A stretch of 64,000 bases of DNA from Camelus ferus (lineage: Eukaryota): NCBI RefSeq assembly GCF_009834535.1, contig NC_045697.1, positions 24,864,001-24,928,000 on the forward strand. The letters are read 5' to 3'. A program made the position numbers and the translations under genes. The notes under the pieces are model-generated. The model did no database searches. It was not told the DNA's origin and was given only the letters and a program-made list of their open reading frames with translations. Positions 11,095 through 23,800 of the stretch are shown here, one piece after another; positions within the stretch are counted from its first letter, which is position 1, and each line of letters begins with the position of its first letter.

Positions 11095-13544
11095 CTGTAT
11101 TTCATCAATTTAAAGATAAATGTTAACATTTTTGAAATTAAGACATGTTTTTACAATTGATGGTGCCTGCAGTTATTCTCAGCCAGGCAGCACTACTGAT
11201 GCAGCAGTCATTGTTAGTGCAAGCAGTGAGCTCGCTCTAAAAGCCATCTGTTGATATTTTTATATGATAACGAAGTATGAGGATCAAGTTTACCATGTAA
11301 ATAATAGCTGTGCAGTATCACCATTAACTGGATGTCACAATGAACAATATTGTGTAGGAAACCAAAGGCACTGATTATTCTGAGCTAAAAATAATTCAGA
11401 AAGAATCCACCCTAAATGTGAAGAAATTTTAGAAATGCTTTAACTCTCTTGGTCAGGATTGGCCAGATTACACTAGAGAAACAGTCTCCAAATTGTTATA
11501 AGCTACTGAGTCAAATGGTTATTTGTCCATCATACACTTATAAAGATTCTTCTACAAAGAGCAATTCAAGGTGTTTTTATCTTGTGATTCCACTATCTTC
11601 CTGAGGCTACTGCCATCATCACTAAAGAAGTAGAGAAGAGGGAGAATGGAAAATCTCCCACACATGGGTTTTCACCACATTAGCACTGGCTAGAAATACC
11701 CACATGGGCCAACTCAAGTGCAGATGGTTTAGGATGCAATGTCTGGATTTAGGAAAACAGAAGTAAACCTGATATTGGTAAGTCCAAAGAGTGCCTATCA
11801 TAGTTTACTCCCTGATCCTCAAATATCTGATTCATGCCAAACAGATGAATAGCACCCACCCCAAGGAAGACAAACCCCAAATCCCATTCAGTATCAAGAC
11901 TGAGCTCAAAGACTAAGAGCTGTAATACACAATAATTTTTACACATTTTTCAGACAAGGTCATTCTTGATTTGAGGAACTGTGAACAAAAAATTAAACTA
12001 AAAAGAAAATTTATCCATCCTTCACATCCCGTATGCCAACGTTCAGTTGTCTATTCAGCAAGAGGTCATATGAAGGCATATGGCCACTGGTCCATAGTAT
12101 TTTGAAATCTTACATACACCAAAGGTTACTATTCTGGGGAAAGAATGTTCTTGTTTCCTGCTTAGGCACTGATTTTCATCCCTGTGAATACATTTCTTCT
12201 TTTCTCCTGGGGCTGCTGGTTTTATCTTCTAAGAAGGAGATTTTTTCTTTTCTATTATCCACCTTCTATTATCCACAGTGTGAAGCTGACATTGGCAAAT
12301 ATGTTATTTTTGAGGACTAATTTTCTTAGTCTACTGTCTGTTCAAAAATGATTTATGGCATTATTATTTTTTAGGTATCTCATAGTTACCCATTTAGTCC
12401 AGATTTATGATTTCTTTGGCAACTATACAAGACCCTCAAATCTACTGAATTCCTTGCTTTCTTTCCCCCATATCTTTTGCTCTTTGATTTAAAAGAGACA
12501 ATGTTGCAGTTACTGCAGTTTTAGTCATTTCTTTGCCCTGAATTACTGGACTCAACACTATTTATCTTATTGGTATAGTAGGGAGTTGTGCTCAGTTGAA
12601 AGGCCTCCTTGCATATTTCCTTCCCATGTATCTGTCAAACTTATTTATTCATTAGATTGAAGCAGCAGCTGTCTTTTCCAATTCTACAAGTCCATGAAAC
12701 TTTAGACTCTTTTTCTTTTTTCCTCACACTCGCATGCCAACCAAACTATTTTTTAACATGTTTATTTACTTCTGATGATACAAATACCATGGACGACAAC
12801 CAAAGTGCACTACCATTTCATTAAAGTGTGATTGACTTCCCGTGGTAGTGCACGTAGTAATTTTAGTGAATGTTTTACTACTGCAACATGAAATGCCATC
12901 ATTCTAGTCCCTGATGGTTTCTTCATCACTCACTGCCCAGCCATATATTTTAAGTTTTCTAGGTCATTTCCCTACTTTTGTGTTAATATTTGCATCCATC
13001 AGAATAGGCTACATTAGGATGCAGTAACAGAAACCTAGAGATGTAATGCAGTAAAAGTTTATTTCTCACGTATGCAAATTATTTTGCAAATCTAGCTCAC
13101 TTTTTAGAGCAACTGTCTTCTGAGTGGTGAATCAATGGCCAAGTTGCTTCAAACCTGTGGCTCTGTTGCTGCATGAAGCTTCTTCTACAATCACCACTTC
13201 AGTGCAGAAATTCACATTTCACTGCTGTTTCCATTTAACTGCCATGCCTGTAGACGTGCCAGCAACCTACTGCACGGGGATAGAACATCTGTCTTCCGTG
13301 TATGCAGAAATGGAGGAGAGTGGGCACTTGCAAAATCCACCATTTCAACTACTTTTTTGGGTCATATTTTCCTCTTTTATAAGGAGAAAAATCTACACCT
13401 AAATAAAAATTAGGTATTTGTCAACAGGTATAAAATAAGCATTCTTTGTGATAACATAGTTTTCTTAGCAGTTTTTTTTTTTTCTCAGTGACACAGAAAA
13501 ATGGTATCTCTTACAACCAATGGCATAAAGTTGATGAAAAATAG
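11095..13544 (+). mobile_element. Tc1/mariner-superfamily DNA transposon (Kanga1/MER104-like), split by a MaLR insertion
   Basis: Left end 'ctgtatttcatcaattt' and right end 'ttgatgaaaaatag' + 'ta' form degenerate terminal inverted repeats; 'ttacaattgatggt' / 'ttacaaccaatggc' motifs lie near both ends. Confidence 0.6.
11450..13330 (-). mobile_element. Remnant old MaLR provirus (MLT1L/M-like LTR ~11450-11790, internal ~11790-12990, LTR ~12995-13330)
   Basis: Two degenerate LTR-like blocks ('ggtcaggattggccagattacactagagaaac...'; 'atcagaataggctacattaggatgcagtaacagaaacc...tttatttctcacg') flank MLT-int-like sequence ('cacccaccccaaggaagacaaaccccaaatcccattcag'). Confidence 0.55.
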
Positions 13545-14236
13545 TACAGATAAATATATAGGTAAAAATAAATCTCTATGACATAATTTAAATAAAATTT
13601 ATATGTATATTAAAGTTGCACTATTGTAAAAACCAGCTCAAGATTTATGCAATTTTTTTAGTATATATACTTTTGTATTTTCTTTCCTTTTCCACTTTTT
13701 AAAAATTTTATTTATTGAGTACTTACTTTTTGTCAATAATGATTCTAAACAATTACCCATACAGAAAATCATTTATTATTATAAATCATAAGAAAATAGT
13801 ATTTAAAAGACAATATCTATCAAGCACAAAAATGATACTGCCCATACAATAAGGAATTTTCCCAGAAACATTTGAGCAATCTAAAGGTTTAGTTATACAG
13901 ATATGTGGTAACAGTTTTGTAACTGAAAGATGCCAATATTCAGAATAGAATAATTTCTTTAGCAGTGCACTGATTATAGTGTATGAATCACAAGTAATAA
14001 TTGATATATACATATTTTACACAGTAGTCATTAAGATATAGAAAATAAAATAATGTTAATAATAATACTAATAATTATACATCATAGAATCATCTACATT
14101 TTTTTTTTGTAAGAACAAGAGTGGATTTGAATTCCTTTAACTGTTTAAGGCTCATAAAGAAAATACGTGTTCCCACCAGTGTGTCATGATCCACAATTTG
14201 AAAATCCTGAGTGAATATGAGTCTGATTTAGTTTAG

Positions 14237-14409
14237 TGTCTCTCATGCTAGCTTGTGCATCAGAGCCACCTAGGATGTTTTGATAGAAATCAGATTCCAT
14301 TAATTCCAACACCGGGCAGCAAAATAAGAATCTCTGGAGCTTCACACAGACACATAATTTTCAGAAGTCCTTTATAATTCCAATATTAAGCTAGTGTTCA
14401 AAATCACTG
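14237..14409. mobile_element. MER5-like hAT-Charlie MITE
   Basis: 'gcttgtgcatcagagccacctagga...aatcagattcc...aagaatctctggag...gtgttcaaaatcactg'. Confidence 0.65.
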
Positions 14410-14464
14410 ATGCTCTGAAGGTAACACAAACAACCATCAAAAACAATAAAATAACACTCTCTTC

Positions 14465-14610
14465 TGTAGTTAAACTGCCCTGGGTTTAATTTTTTTTTTT
14501 AATTCTTGACCTTCATTTTCAGGCAAGTTACCTAAATTCTATAAACTTTAATTTCCTCCTCTATTAAATGGTTGATGAAAATTTCTATCCCATAGAATCT
14601 GTTCTGAATT
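14465..14610 (+). mobile_element. MIR SINE fragment
   Basis: 'caggcaagttacctaaattctataaactttaatttcctcctctattaaatgg' matches the MIR core. Confidence 0.7.
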
Positions 14611-14619
14611 TTTGTCAAA

Positions 14620-15293
14620 TTGGCTTTATTCCCATTGCTGTTCCTTTCATTGAAGGGAAGAAGTCTGCAACCATGTTTACCAGAATCCCCTTCCCTGTCT
14701 GATACCTGGTAAGAATATCAATGAGTGTAAACTATGGACTTTGGTTGATAATAATGTGTCCATGTTGGTTCATCGATGGTACCAAATATGCCACAGTGAT
14801 GAGGGATGTTGAGGGTAGGGGAGTATATATGAGCGGGTGGGAGGGCTATGTGGGATCTCTGTATTTTCTGCTCAATTTTGCTGTAAACCTGAAACTGCTC
14901 TAAAAAATAAAGTATATTTAAAACAAAAAGAATACGAATAAGCCAAACTCATGTTGGCCAAGGGGAATGAGAATAAATTATGTGGTCAGATGTGTGAACA
15001 AATACGATACAGAACTTGAAATTGCTTATCTATCACCTGCTGTGATGCTGGTGACAGCGACAGGAGGGACATTCTTGCGGACCGCAGCAGATTCCTTTGA
15101 GAACACTGGGTCTAGCAGTTCAGGTGAAGGGCCTCAGCCTCTACTTGCTTGACTTTCTGCTGTAGCAATCTGGGCCTTTTTGGTGACTTTACTCATCTTT
15201 GTTTCCCCACCTGTCTCATGTCTCCCTTGTAAATCCTAATTTCTTTGTTAAAGCTTCTTATTCTGTTTCCCTGACTGAGCCTAGACTAAGATA
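14620..15293 (+). mobile_element. Old ERVL-type LTR (LTR33/LTR16-like), interrupted by an L1 3' end
   Basis: 'ccatgtttaccagaatccccttccctg' near the start and 'ttctgtttccctgactgagcctagactaagata' at the end. Confidence 0.5.
14718..14927 (+). mobile_element. 5'-truncated L1 (L1MB/MC-like) 3' end with A-rich tail and candidate TSD aagaata
   Basis: 'gtaaactatggactttggttgataataatgtgtc...ctctgtattttctgctcaattttgctgtaaacctgaaactgctctaaaaaataaag'; aagaata at 14711-14717 and 14928-14934. Confidence 0.85.
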
Positions 15294-15423
15294 GTATCAT
15301 GGGAGAGTTTAAGAAGCTAGCAGGATCTTTGCTTTGGAGATAACAGCTATGAAGGACAAAGCCCCAATTCCCTAATGTGGTCACTCTTCTTTTTGGCAAA
15401 CTTTCTTGCCAGAACCTGGAGAC

Positions 15424-15463
<40 letters not shown>

Positions 15464-15485
15464 CAGACAGATAGGTGATAGATAA
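15424..15485. repeat. (TAGA)n/(CAGA)n compound tetranucleotide microsatellite
   Basis: Long perfect 'tagatagataga...' run followed by 'cagacagatagg'. Confidence 0.95.
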
Positions 15486-16292
15486 ATAAACAGCATGTGC
15501 AATACAGACCACTAGTGTCCACATTCAGGTCATCTGTCCTCAGTTCCCTCATATCCATCATTATACTTTGTTGGGCTCCATTGCTGTCAGAAAGACATAA
15601 CTGAATAATCTCTAGTTCCCCAACATGTATCCTGGTATAGAGTTCTTCTCCATGTTATGTCAGCTCTCTAGAAAAAACTCCACATAGTGGTTCACTCCAC
15701 TAATTGACTGTAAGAGTAAAGCTCCCACTAGATACATGTTAAACGCTTAAAAAGAAAATTAGTCTAAAATCAAAATAAACATGTACCCTGAGGCCTGGAA
15801 GAAACATAACTACAATCTTAATAAGAGTTAATGAAATTCCCTGAATTTGCACTGCTCTATTACTGAAGCCAATAACATTCTAATTTGGTCAAGGCTTCAT
15901 TTAGTTCTACTTCTGGACTAGCCCCCATGGCCAATACTAAAACCCTGGAAATATTACAGAATAAAAGAAAGAAACTATGTTCACCCTGTACCTAGAAGCA
16001 GTAATATCAGAAATGCAGACAATTCTCAAATATTCAAATTGGTTATACATATTTTTTGTTTTTCATTTGCTGCACTTGACCTTTCATTTCAATTTTACCT
16101 TTTATTAAAAGGCTAGGAACAAAGTAGAAACTGAAAACAAATGCTTTTCTTAAAAATAATAGTAGCATTTGAGGGTCAATTAAAGGGCTTTAAGATATGA
16201 TGCCAAAAGAAATGTTACAGAAAGACAAATACCATAAGAACACCATACCATACCATTCTCCATTGTATGTGGAATCTAAAAAAAACAAAAAA

Positions 16293-17710
16293 TCCCTGGG
16301 ACCTGATCCTGCCCACCAGTGGGCCAGCACCAGCCCCTCAACCCCTCAGTATCCACAGCCAGCCATGCTGGGACCCTGCCCCCAGCACCACCTGTGGACC
16401 AGCAGCCACCACATGAGGTAGGGCCTGGCAGTCAGCTAGGCTCAGGGCTAGCTCCACTGACAAGTGCACCCATGGCAGTTGTCCAAAAAACAACAGAAGG
16501 GCACATGTACCCCACACAGGGGGCACCCATAGAGCATGTAGCTTTGGTGACCAGAGAGGAGTGTGCTGCTGCTCCTACATAAATCCATTTTTCTAAGATT
16601 GGGAAAGATAACCGAATAGATAGAAATAAACACAGAGAATTAGGCAACGTGAGGAGACAGAGGAATATATTCCAAATGGAACAACAACAACAGCAACAAA
16701 AACAACAACAACAACAACAACAAATCAGAAAGAGAACTAAGTGAAGTGTAGATAAACAAAAGTTCAAGGTAACAGTCATAAAGATGCTCAACAAACTCAG
16801 GAGAAGAATGGATGAACACAGACAAAGGGATAACAAAGAGTTAGAAAATACAAAGAGGATCCAAATAGAACTAAAGAATAAAGAAAAAAAAGTTTAAAAA
16901 ATCCACTAGAATCAACAGTAGGTTAGATGATACAGAGGAACAGAACAGATTACCAAACTGGAAGACAGAGTAGTGGGAATTACCCAAGCTGAACAGAAAA
17001 GATAATTTTTTAAAATTAGGATAGGTTAAGAGATCTCTAGGACATCAAACATTAAAGGGGTCTCAGGAGAAGAGAGAGACAAAGGGGCAGAGAACTTATT
17101 TGAAGGAATAATAGCTGAAAACCTCCCTAACCAGGGAAAGGAAGCAGATATCCAGGTCCAGGAAGTAAAGAGAGTCCCAAACAAGATGAACTCAAAGTGG
17201 TCCAAAAGACACAATTTAATTAAAATGGTAAAATTTAAATATAAAAAGAGAATTATAAAATCAGCAAGAGAAAGCTAGTTTCATGCAAGGGAACTCCCAT
17301 AAGATTGTCAGCTGATTTTTCAGCAGAAACTTTGTAATCCAGAAGGGAGTGGCATGATATATTCAAAGCGATGAAAGGAAAAAAATGTACAACCAAGAAT
17401 ACTCTATCCAGCAAGGCTATCACTCAGATTTGAAGTATAGGTAAAGATTTTACAGATAAGCAGAAGCTGAATGAGTTCAGCACCACTAAACCAGCTTTAC
17501 AAGAAATGTTAAAGGAACTTCTCTAAGCAGAAGAGAAAAGACAACAATTAGAAATGTGAAGATTACAAAAGGAAACAACTTTATTGGCAAAGACAAATAA
17601 ATGTACAGTAAAAGTAGTAGATCAACCACTTATGAAACTAGAAGGAAGGTTGAAATATGAAAGCAGGAAAAGCATCTATATCCACAATAAGTAATTGAGG
17701 GATACACAAG
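16293..17710 (+). mobile_element. L1 5' UTR part, decayed ORF1 (~16650-17525) and inter-ORF region; 3'-truncated
   Basis: C-rich 5' UTR; ORF1 remnants such as KFKVTVIKMLNKLRRRMDEH, KGTPIRLSADFSAETL*SRREWHDIFK, FSTTKPALQEMLKELL, with stops and frameshifts. Confidence 0.9.
16680..16723. repeat. (CAA)n trinucleotide expansion inside L1 ORF1
   Basis: 'aacaacaacaacagcaacaaaaacaacaacaacaacaacaacaaa'. Confidence 0.9.
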
Positions 17711-18349
17711 AAATCACTTTTTTCCTAATTCTTATCATTTAAAAATAAAAATTAGTGACAAGCAAGTAATTTTACAAATTATATGTAAAATCCCATACTA
17801 ACCCTCTTGCTCAGAGAGAGAATGATATTCTAATATTAAAATGACCTCAAAGGGAAAGTACAGCTTTGACTAGATAATAGTAAACATTTTTATGGTGAAA
17901 AAAAAAAAAAGAAAAAGTAAAGAAAAAAAGCATAAAGCAAACAACTATGTTATAAGAAGGCAGCAAATATTAGAAGACAGATATATTATTTAAAAAATAA
18001 TTTAAATTCATAATGAGAACACTAAAATCTAAATCAATAAATCAGTAAATTGTATAAGTAGACATATTTAATTGGGTAAATCCACTGGGTCAGTATTCAA
18101 TCTAATAGGTAGTACAGATATTCAAAATACTACTCCAATGAAGTATTATTTTTCATCTGTTAAACAGTGAATAAAAACATTTCTTTACCATGAAAAGTTG
18201 GATTGGCAATCCTGAGCCCTTAAGGCTGCTTTTTAAGCTTCTGTGACCCAGATCCTAGTCTATAATTATTCTGCCATTCTAAAGTCATGGCTTTCACCTC
18301 AAGACAGCTATTAATTTCTAGCCATCACCTCCATAAAATCAATTTTTAA

Positions 18350-18780
18350 AATTAATTTATAGTAATGCCAAATAACATAAATTACAATAAAATAAAATAC
18401 TTAGAAATAAACTGAACCAAAGATATACAAAGACCTCCACAACGAACATCTCAAAACATTACTGAGAGTAATTAAAGATAGGAATGTGACATGGTATTGC
18501 TAACTTAGAAATCAGAATAATACACTTAAGCATGTACCTGAGGGAAATACAAACATAAAGACTTGCAGATGAATGGTCTTACTAGCAGCTCTATTTGTAA
18601 TTTTCAAAGACTGAAGAAAAATCCAAAGTTTTTTATTCAGCAGGTGAATAAGTAAACAGCATGCGGTATATCCATACAATGGAATACTATACAACAAAAA
18701 AGCAAACACATTATTAACATGAATAACAACATGAATGAATCTCACAATTAGTATGTGAAGTTAAATAAACCAGACAAGGA
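18350..18780 (+). mobile_element. Old L1 (L1MB/ME-like) ORF2-3' fragments
   Basis: 'aaaatacttagaaataaactgaaccaaagatatacaaagacctccac', 'gcagctctatttgtaat', 'ggtatatccatacaatggaatactat', 'atgaatgaatctcaca'. Confidence 0.75.
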
Positions 18781-19277
18781 CACTACTCAGCCGTAGAAAA
18801 GAATAAAATAATGTCATTTGCAGTGACATAGGTGGACCTGGAGACTGTCATATTAAGTGAAGTCAGCCAGAGAGAGAAAGAAAATTATCATATGATTATC
18901 ACTTACACGTGGAATCTAAAAAAAAAAATCAGACAAATGAACTTATTTACAAAACAGAAATAGACTCACAGATATAGAAGCAAACTTGTGTTACTGGGGT
19001 GTAAGGGGTAGTGTAGGGATTAATTGAGAGTTTGGGATTTGCAGATACTAACTACTATATATAAAATAGATAAACAGCAAGGTCCTACTGCATACTACAG
19101 AGAACTATATTCAGTACCTTGTAATAGCCTATAATGAAAAAGAATATAAAAAGAAAATATATATATATATATATATGTATATTTATGTACAACTGAATCA
19201 CTATGCTATACATCAGAAACTAACATAACATTGTGAACCAACTATACTTCAATTAAAACAAAAACAAAAATAACAAA
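18781..19277 (+). mobile_element. Younger cetartiodactyl (camelid-like) L1 3' end, 5'-truncated, with A-rich tail
   Basis: 'gacaaatgaacttatttacaaaacagaaatagactcacaga', 'gatttgcagatactaactactatatataaaatagataaacagcaagg', 'ccaactatacttcaattaaaacaaaaacaaaa'. Confidence 0.85.
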
Positions 19278-21879
19278 TATTTTCATAGAGTAATATTTTT
19301 TAAAATTCACTTTTTAACATGGAAAAATATTTTTCAGTCCTTCATATGATTTTATTTTCTCACATCAACACAATAAGAGGATATCCAAATTTTGTCTTAA
19401 TCAGAGGGTCTGTAAACACAGGCTTATGCAGTGTACATACAGGTAAGACAAACACTGTTTCTTGAAGTGGTCCTACCATGGACCCTCTTGTCATCCAACC
19501 CAAGTCTCCCACTTTCCTGGCTTTATCTTCACTTCAACGAAAAGACCCTGAAATTGTTACAAGTGACAAAGGCCAAGTAAGATCATATGAAAGAAAGAGA
19601 TAAAATATGTGTAGCTAATCTAGATAAAGTATAATGGGAACATATATATATATATATTTTTTTTTTTTAATATTTTGAAACTGTGAGAATGTTTAAATTT
19701 TGATGAGAAGGGCCTAATTGAGGTTGATTAACATGAATTCATCATATCAGCAAGCCCAGCTGTGTGATTTTTTTCAGCAGCTCTCAGGAGTCTGCATGAA
19801 GGCAGAGAGGAAAGTGAAATCTGAATGAAAGCTTTGTGTGTGTGTGGATGTCTGTGTGTATGTTTATGTGTTTCCCTAGAAAGCTGTAACAAAAGCAGAA
19901 GGGCAAGGAAATTGAGAAAATTGTCAAGAGTCATGGAAAAGTTGAGCCATACTAAGAAAGCACTTGCAGAGTTTTTGGTTACGACCATAAGAATTAAACC
20001 AGACAATACACTTATTAAATGATGTTTCACACCTCATGGACTCTGCAATAGTGCCAGAGAGTTTGGCAGGAAGAGTCACCCAACCAGGAAAAGTACACAG
20101 AACGGGATGGGGATTGCTTTAGGGAAGAAACTACCGCTACAACCATTCTGCGATGCGTAGTTTATCAAAGGCATCATGGCTTTTATACATTTATCAAGGT
20201 GGGGGCAGAAAAATTCCTGACCCTGCTGTCCTCAAAAAGCTAAATATCTTCAAATCTTCCTCAGTAAAAACTGAATTCTGTGATCTTTGGTCCTATGACT
20301 AGAAAGGCAAGTTTTTGCTTCTACATTGATAGATGCGAATAAAAGTGGGATACGTTTCCCAGGCTGAAGAAAAGAGTTCAAAAGATGCTTGATTATAACC
20401 ACATGAAAAATGTTTATTCTACATGTCTGTCCCTGTGTAATTCTCTGCATTTTCCCTTATCTCTTCTCAAAGATTGATAAGAAGCATGGCTTTGAGGGAT
20501 GAATTCATACTTTTCACTCTTCCCAGGACTTGCCACACTGGTCTTTGCTAGCAGCAATGTCTGGAAGACATACTTTGGGTCCTTGTTAGTAGGAATAATG
20601 CACAGATGCCTCCGTGTTAACTCAGCTGTTTAAATATACATTTTCAAACAAAATATTTGCAGCACTGATGCCAAATTCCTCCCGACATTCGCAGTAATAT
20701 TGAATTTGACTCAACCAAACAAGTGCAACAATATCCTGGACAAAAGTTTAATCTAGGCTTTATCTGGTGAGAATGTCTAACACTTTTTCTCTAGTCTTCA
20801 GTTTGTAAAAGAATTTGAGAAAGTATTGGTGATTGAAGTTGTACAACCATTAAATTCAAAAGGCAAGCTACTACTATTTAAAGCATCTTCTAGCTTAATG
20901 TTAAATTGTCCTTAAAATAGTTCTGGTTTAAGCCTGCAAAAAGCTTTACAATGTGCTCAGTCTCTGTAGAACATTTTTCTCTAAGGTTGAAACTAAATTA
21001 CTATGACAATATCTTCAATGTTATTTAAATAAAAACTTTGAAATCTCAGAGAATGTGTGACAAGTAATTCCTGTATCTCTTTGTTACATAACCACACTTA
21101 AAAACAGAAGTGGGGTCTTTTTTTTTTTTTTAATGACAAAGACTCAGTTCAAAGTAATTGTTTCAGATAAGCACACACACAAACATACACTTAGAAAAAA
21201 TAATGAAATGCTAATAAGACCTAATTTCCCCCTGTTTGAATATACCTCCATCACAGCATTTAGAGAAGAGTGTGCCACGGTCTGATATATGCAGATACCT
21301 CTCCAATGTGTACTCTCAGTGCCTTGATTATGCCTGTCTTTATATCTGTGCTTCCTAGTGTCTCACAGGACATCTCAGGAAGTTTATTATACCCCTAATA
21401 AATATAGGTTTTTTATAAAGGTAAAAGGAAGAGACATTAAGAACAGATGAGAAATACAAAAGTGGAATACAAGCAAGCAATCTGGGAACAAATGTATTCA
21501 TATTTTCTCCTGGTCATCATGTAGAAAGTTAAATATGCTAGTCATGCCATGGCAAATACCACTATCACTACTATTATGTTACTGCTATGAACAGGTGTTG
21601 CTTCACAAGAAATAATCCTGTGATGTATATTATCATATTTATAGACCAAAATTGAAACTGAGACTTGAATGGATACACACTTTGATTGGGGGGGGGAGGC
21701 TATAATTATTGACAAATTTTATAGCCTAAAACTGTGATTAGAGTGAGAAGAAAGTAGAAAATATATGAAGAGACAGGGCATTTAGAATAGAGAGAAGAAA
21801 CAAAAAGTAGAACATGATAATGGTTCTCTGTGTGAAACAGAGGGAATAAAGTTGAAATTACTGCTTAAACAGGAGTTGT

Positions 21880-22000
21880 GTGACTTTCTGGTTGTGTGAC
21901 CTTGGGTATGTTAATTTTTCTGAATATCTATTCTTCCTATATAAAATGTGGGTATTAACACAACCTCTAGATGGTTCTAAGGACTAAATCAGAAACAAAT
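21880..22000 (+). mobile_element. MIR SINE fragment
   Basis: 'ggttgtgtgaccttgggtatgttaattt...ttcttcctatataaaatgtgggtattaaca'. Confidence 0.7.
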
Positions 22001-22224
22001 AAACAAATACCTGCTGGATAACATTTGTTTTATTGATATTTTTAAGGTATTTTTCTTTATACCCTGGCCTCTGTCTTATTCAGACAGTTAGTTGTCTAAT
22101 GGTCTCTAAGACCTCAAGGAGAGATGCTGCAGGAAAAAAAAAAAGAAAGAAAGAAAAAGAAGAAAAGAAGTTTTCACCTCAAATAGAAATGCTCTTAGGA
22201 AAATTAGGACAAAAGTAATAAACT

Positions 22225-23800
22225 TCATGCATGCATTCTTTAATTTAATAAAGATCTATTTATCACCAACCATGCTCCAGATTTTGTTTTTGTTACTTAG
22301 AAGACATCAATGAAAAAGCAGCATAGATCTTTGCCCTATTAAGCTTTTAATACAGATGTAAGATAAAAATTACCAGTAAATATTGTAAGTAAATAGTATT
22401 TTACAAAAAAACAGACAATAATAGGCTAAAGGAGATTTAAAGTGGTCGAGGTTGGAGGAAAACTTGTAACATTAAATAGGGTAGTCAGGGATAGAGCTAA
22501 CTGGGAAGATAGCATTTAAGCCAAGATTTGGAGGAAGGGCTAAAATTAGCCAAGTGAATAACTAGGGATTGAGTGATCCCCTCAGAGGATATATCCAGGA
22601 AGAAACAAACAAACAAAAACCAAAAAACAAAACTAAGATGGGACTACTCTTAGCATATTTTAATTGTAAGGGGGAAACTGGTGTAGCTGGAGATAAATAA
22701 GCAATTAATGAGAAGTAGATGACGAAGTTAAAGGTAACGGAGAATTAATCCCCCAGAGGTAATAAGGGAGCTACAGAAGGACCCTGTTGACCATTTCAAG
22801 GACTCTGACATTGCATTTGCTGTATGATATTTTGATGGAGAGCGATTATAAGAAGGTGGCCAGAAAAGTGACATGATCCACTTACTCTGCTGAAGAATAA
22901 AGAATAAACTGTAGGAGTCCAAGCATGGAAGCAGAGGAATCTATTAGAAGGCTATTTGTACTAATCCAAGGGTGAAATGACAGTGGCTGGAGCCAGACTG
23001 ATAGTAATACAGGGTGGTAAATAACAGTATTTTGGGTGCATTTAGAATGTTAAACAAATAAGACTTGTAATACATCCAACAAAGAATATAAAAGAAAGAA
23101 AATTAAGAATGCCTTCAAAATGTTTTCTCTAAACAAGTGGAAAGACTGACTTGTTGTCAATCAGTTGAAGAAAGATTATTGGTAGGCATGTTTTAGGGGG
23201 AGGAAGAGCAAATCTGCCATGGCCATGGTAAATCTGAGATACATTAATTATCCAAGTGGAAATGTCAAGAGTGGTGGAATATCAGGATATAAGACTCTAC
23301 AAGAGAAAAAACAATATTGGGGGTTATCAATATACAGATGGTATTTAAAGCCATGAAATTTGACTGCATCATCTTAGAGTTACTGCTCTGACATTAAGTT
23401 GTTGAGAGAAGAATAAGGTAAATATATTATGAGTCCAAGATACGGGACCTAATGTCCAAATAAGTGAGTGTGTTTGAGAGAAAATTATGCATGACTAGGA
23501 ACAAAGAAAGTGTCTGCAGATATCTGTGCAGGTAGATGTGCAGATATGATGATGGGGGTCTATGGAATTGCTTCCACTTATCCTAGTGAAGTACAAAGCG
23601 AGGATGAGTGTGGAGGGAATTATGGAGTGACCAACCACAGAGGAAAAGGCGTGAACTAGTGAGTCTCGATAGTGAGAGAGTAAGTGAATTACCAGAGTAT
23701 AATTTGAGAGCCAAAAAGTACCAAAAACCATACACATAGTTAGCAGAGATCCATTCCATGTGGTTGGGTATTTTCCCTCCAACTATGCAAAGCTGCAAAA
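22225..23800 (-). mobile_element. L2 LINE (L2a-like) long fragment
   Basis: Antisense 3' end 'ttcatgcatgcattctttaatttaataaagatctatttatc'; 'aaatagggtagtcaggga', 'aagtgacatgatccactta', 'gaaggctatttgtactaatccaagg', 'cagatggtatttaaagccatga'. Confidence 0.8.

Noticed and set aside
16432..16836. 134-aa minus-strand ORF with poly-Cys run
   Set aside because: Antisense reading of a (CAA)n expansion in a dead L1 ORF1, not a Cys-rich protein
21685..21710. Poly-G run 'ggggggggggaggctataatt' reminiscent of a SINE end
   Set aside because: No tRNA-derived A/B box body adjacent; insufficient support
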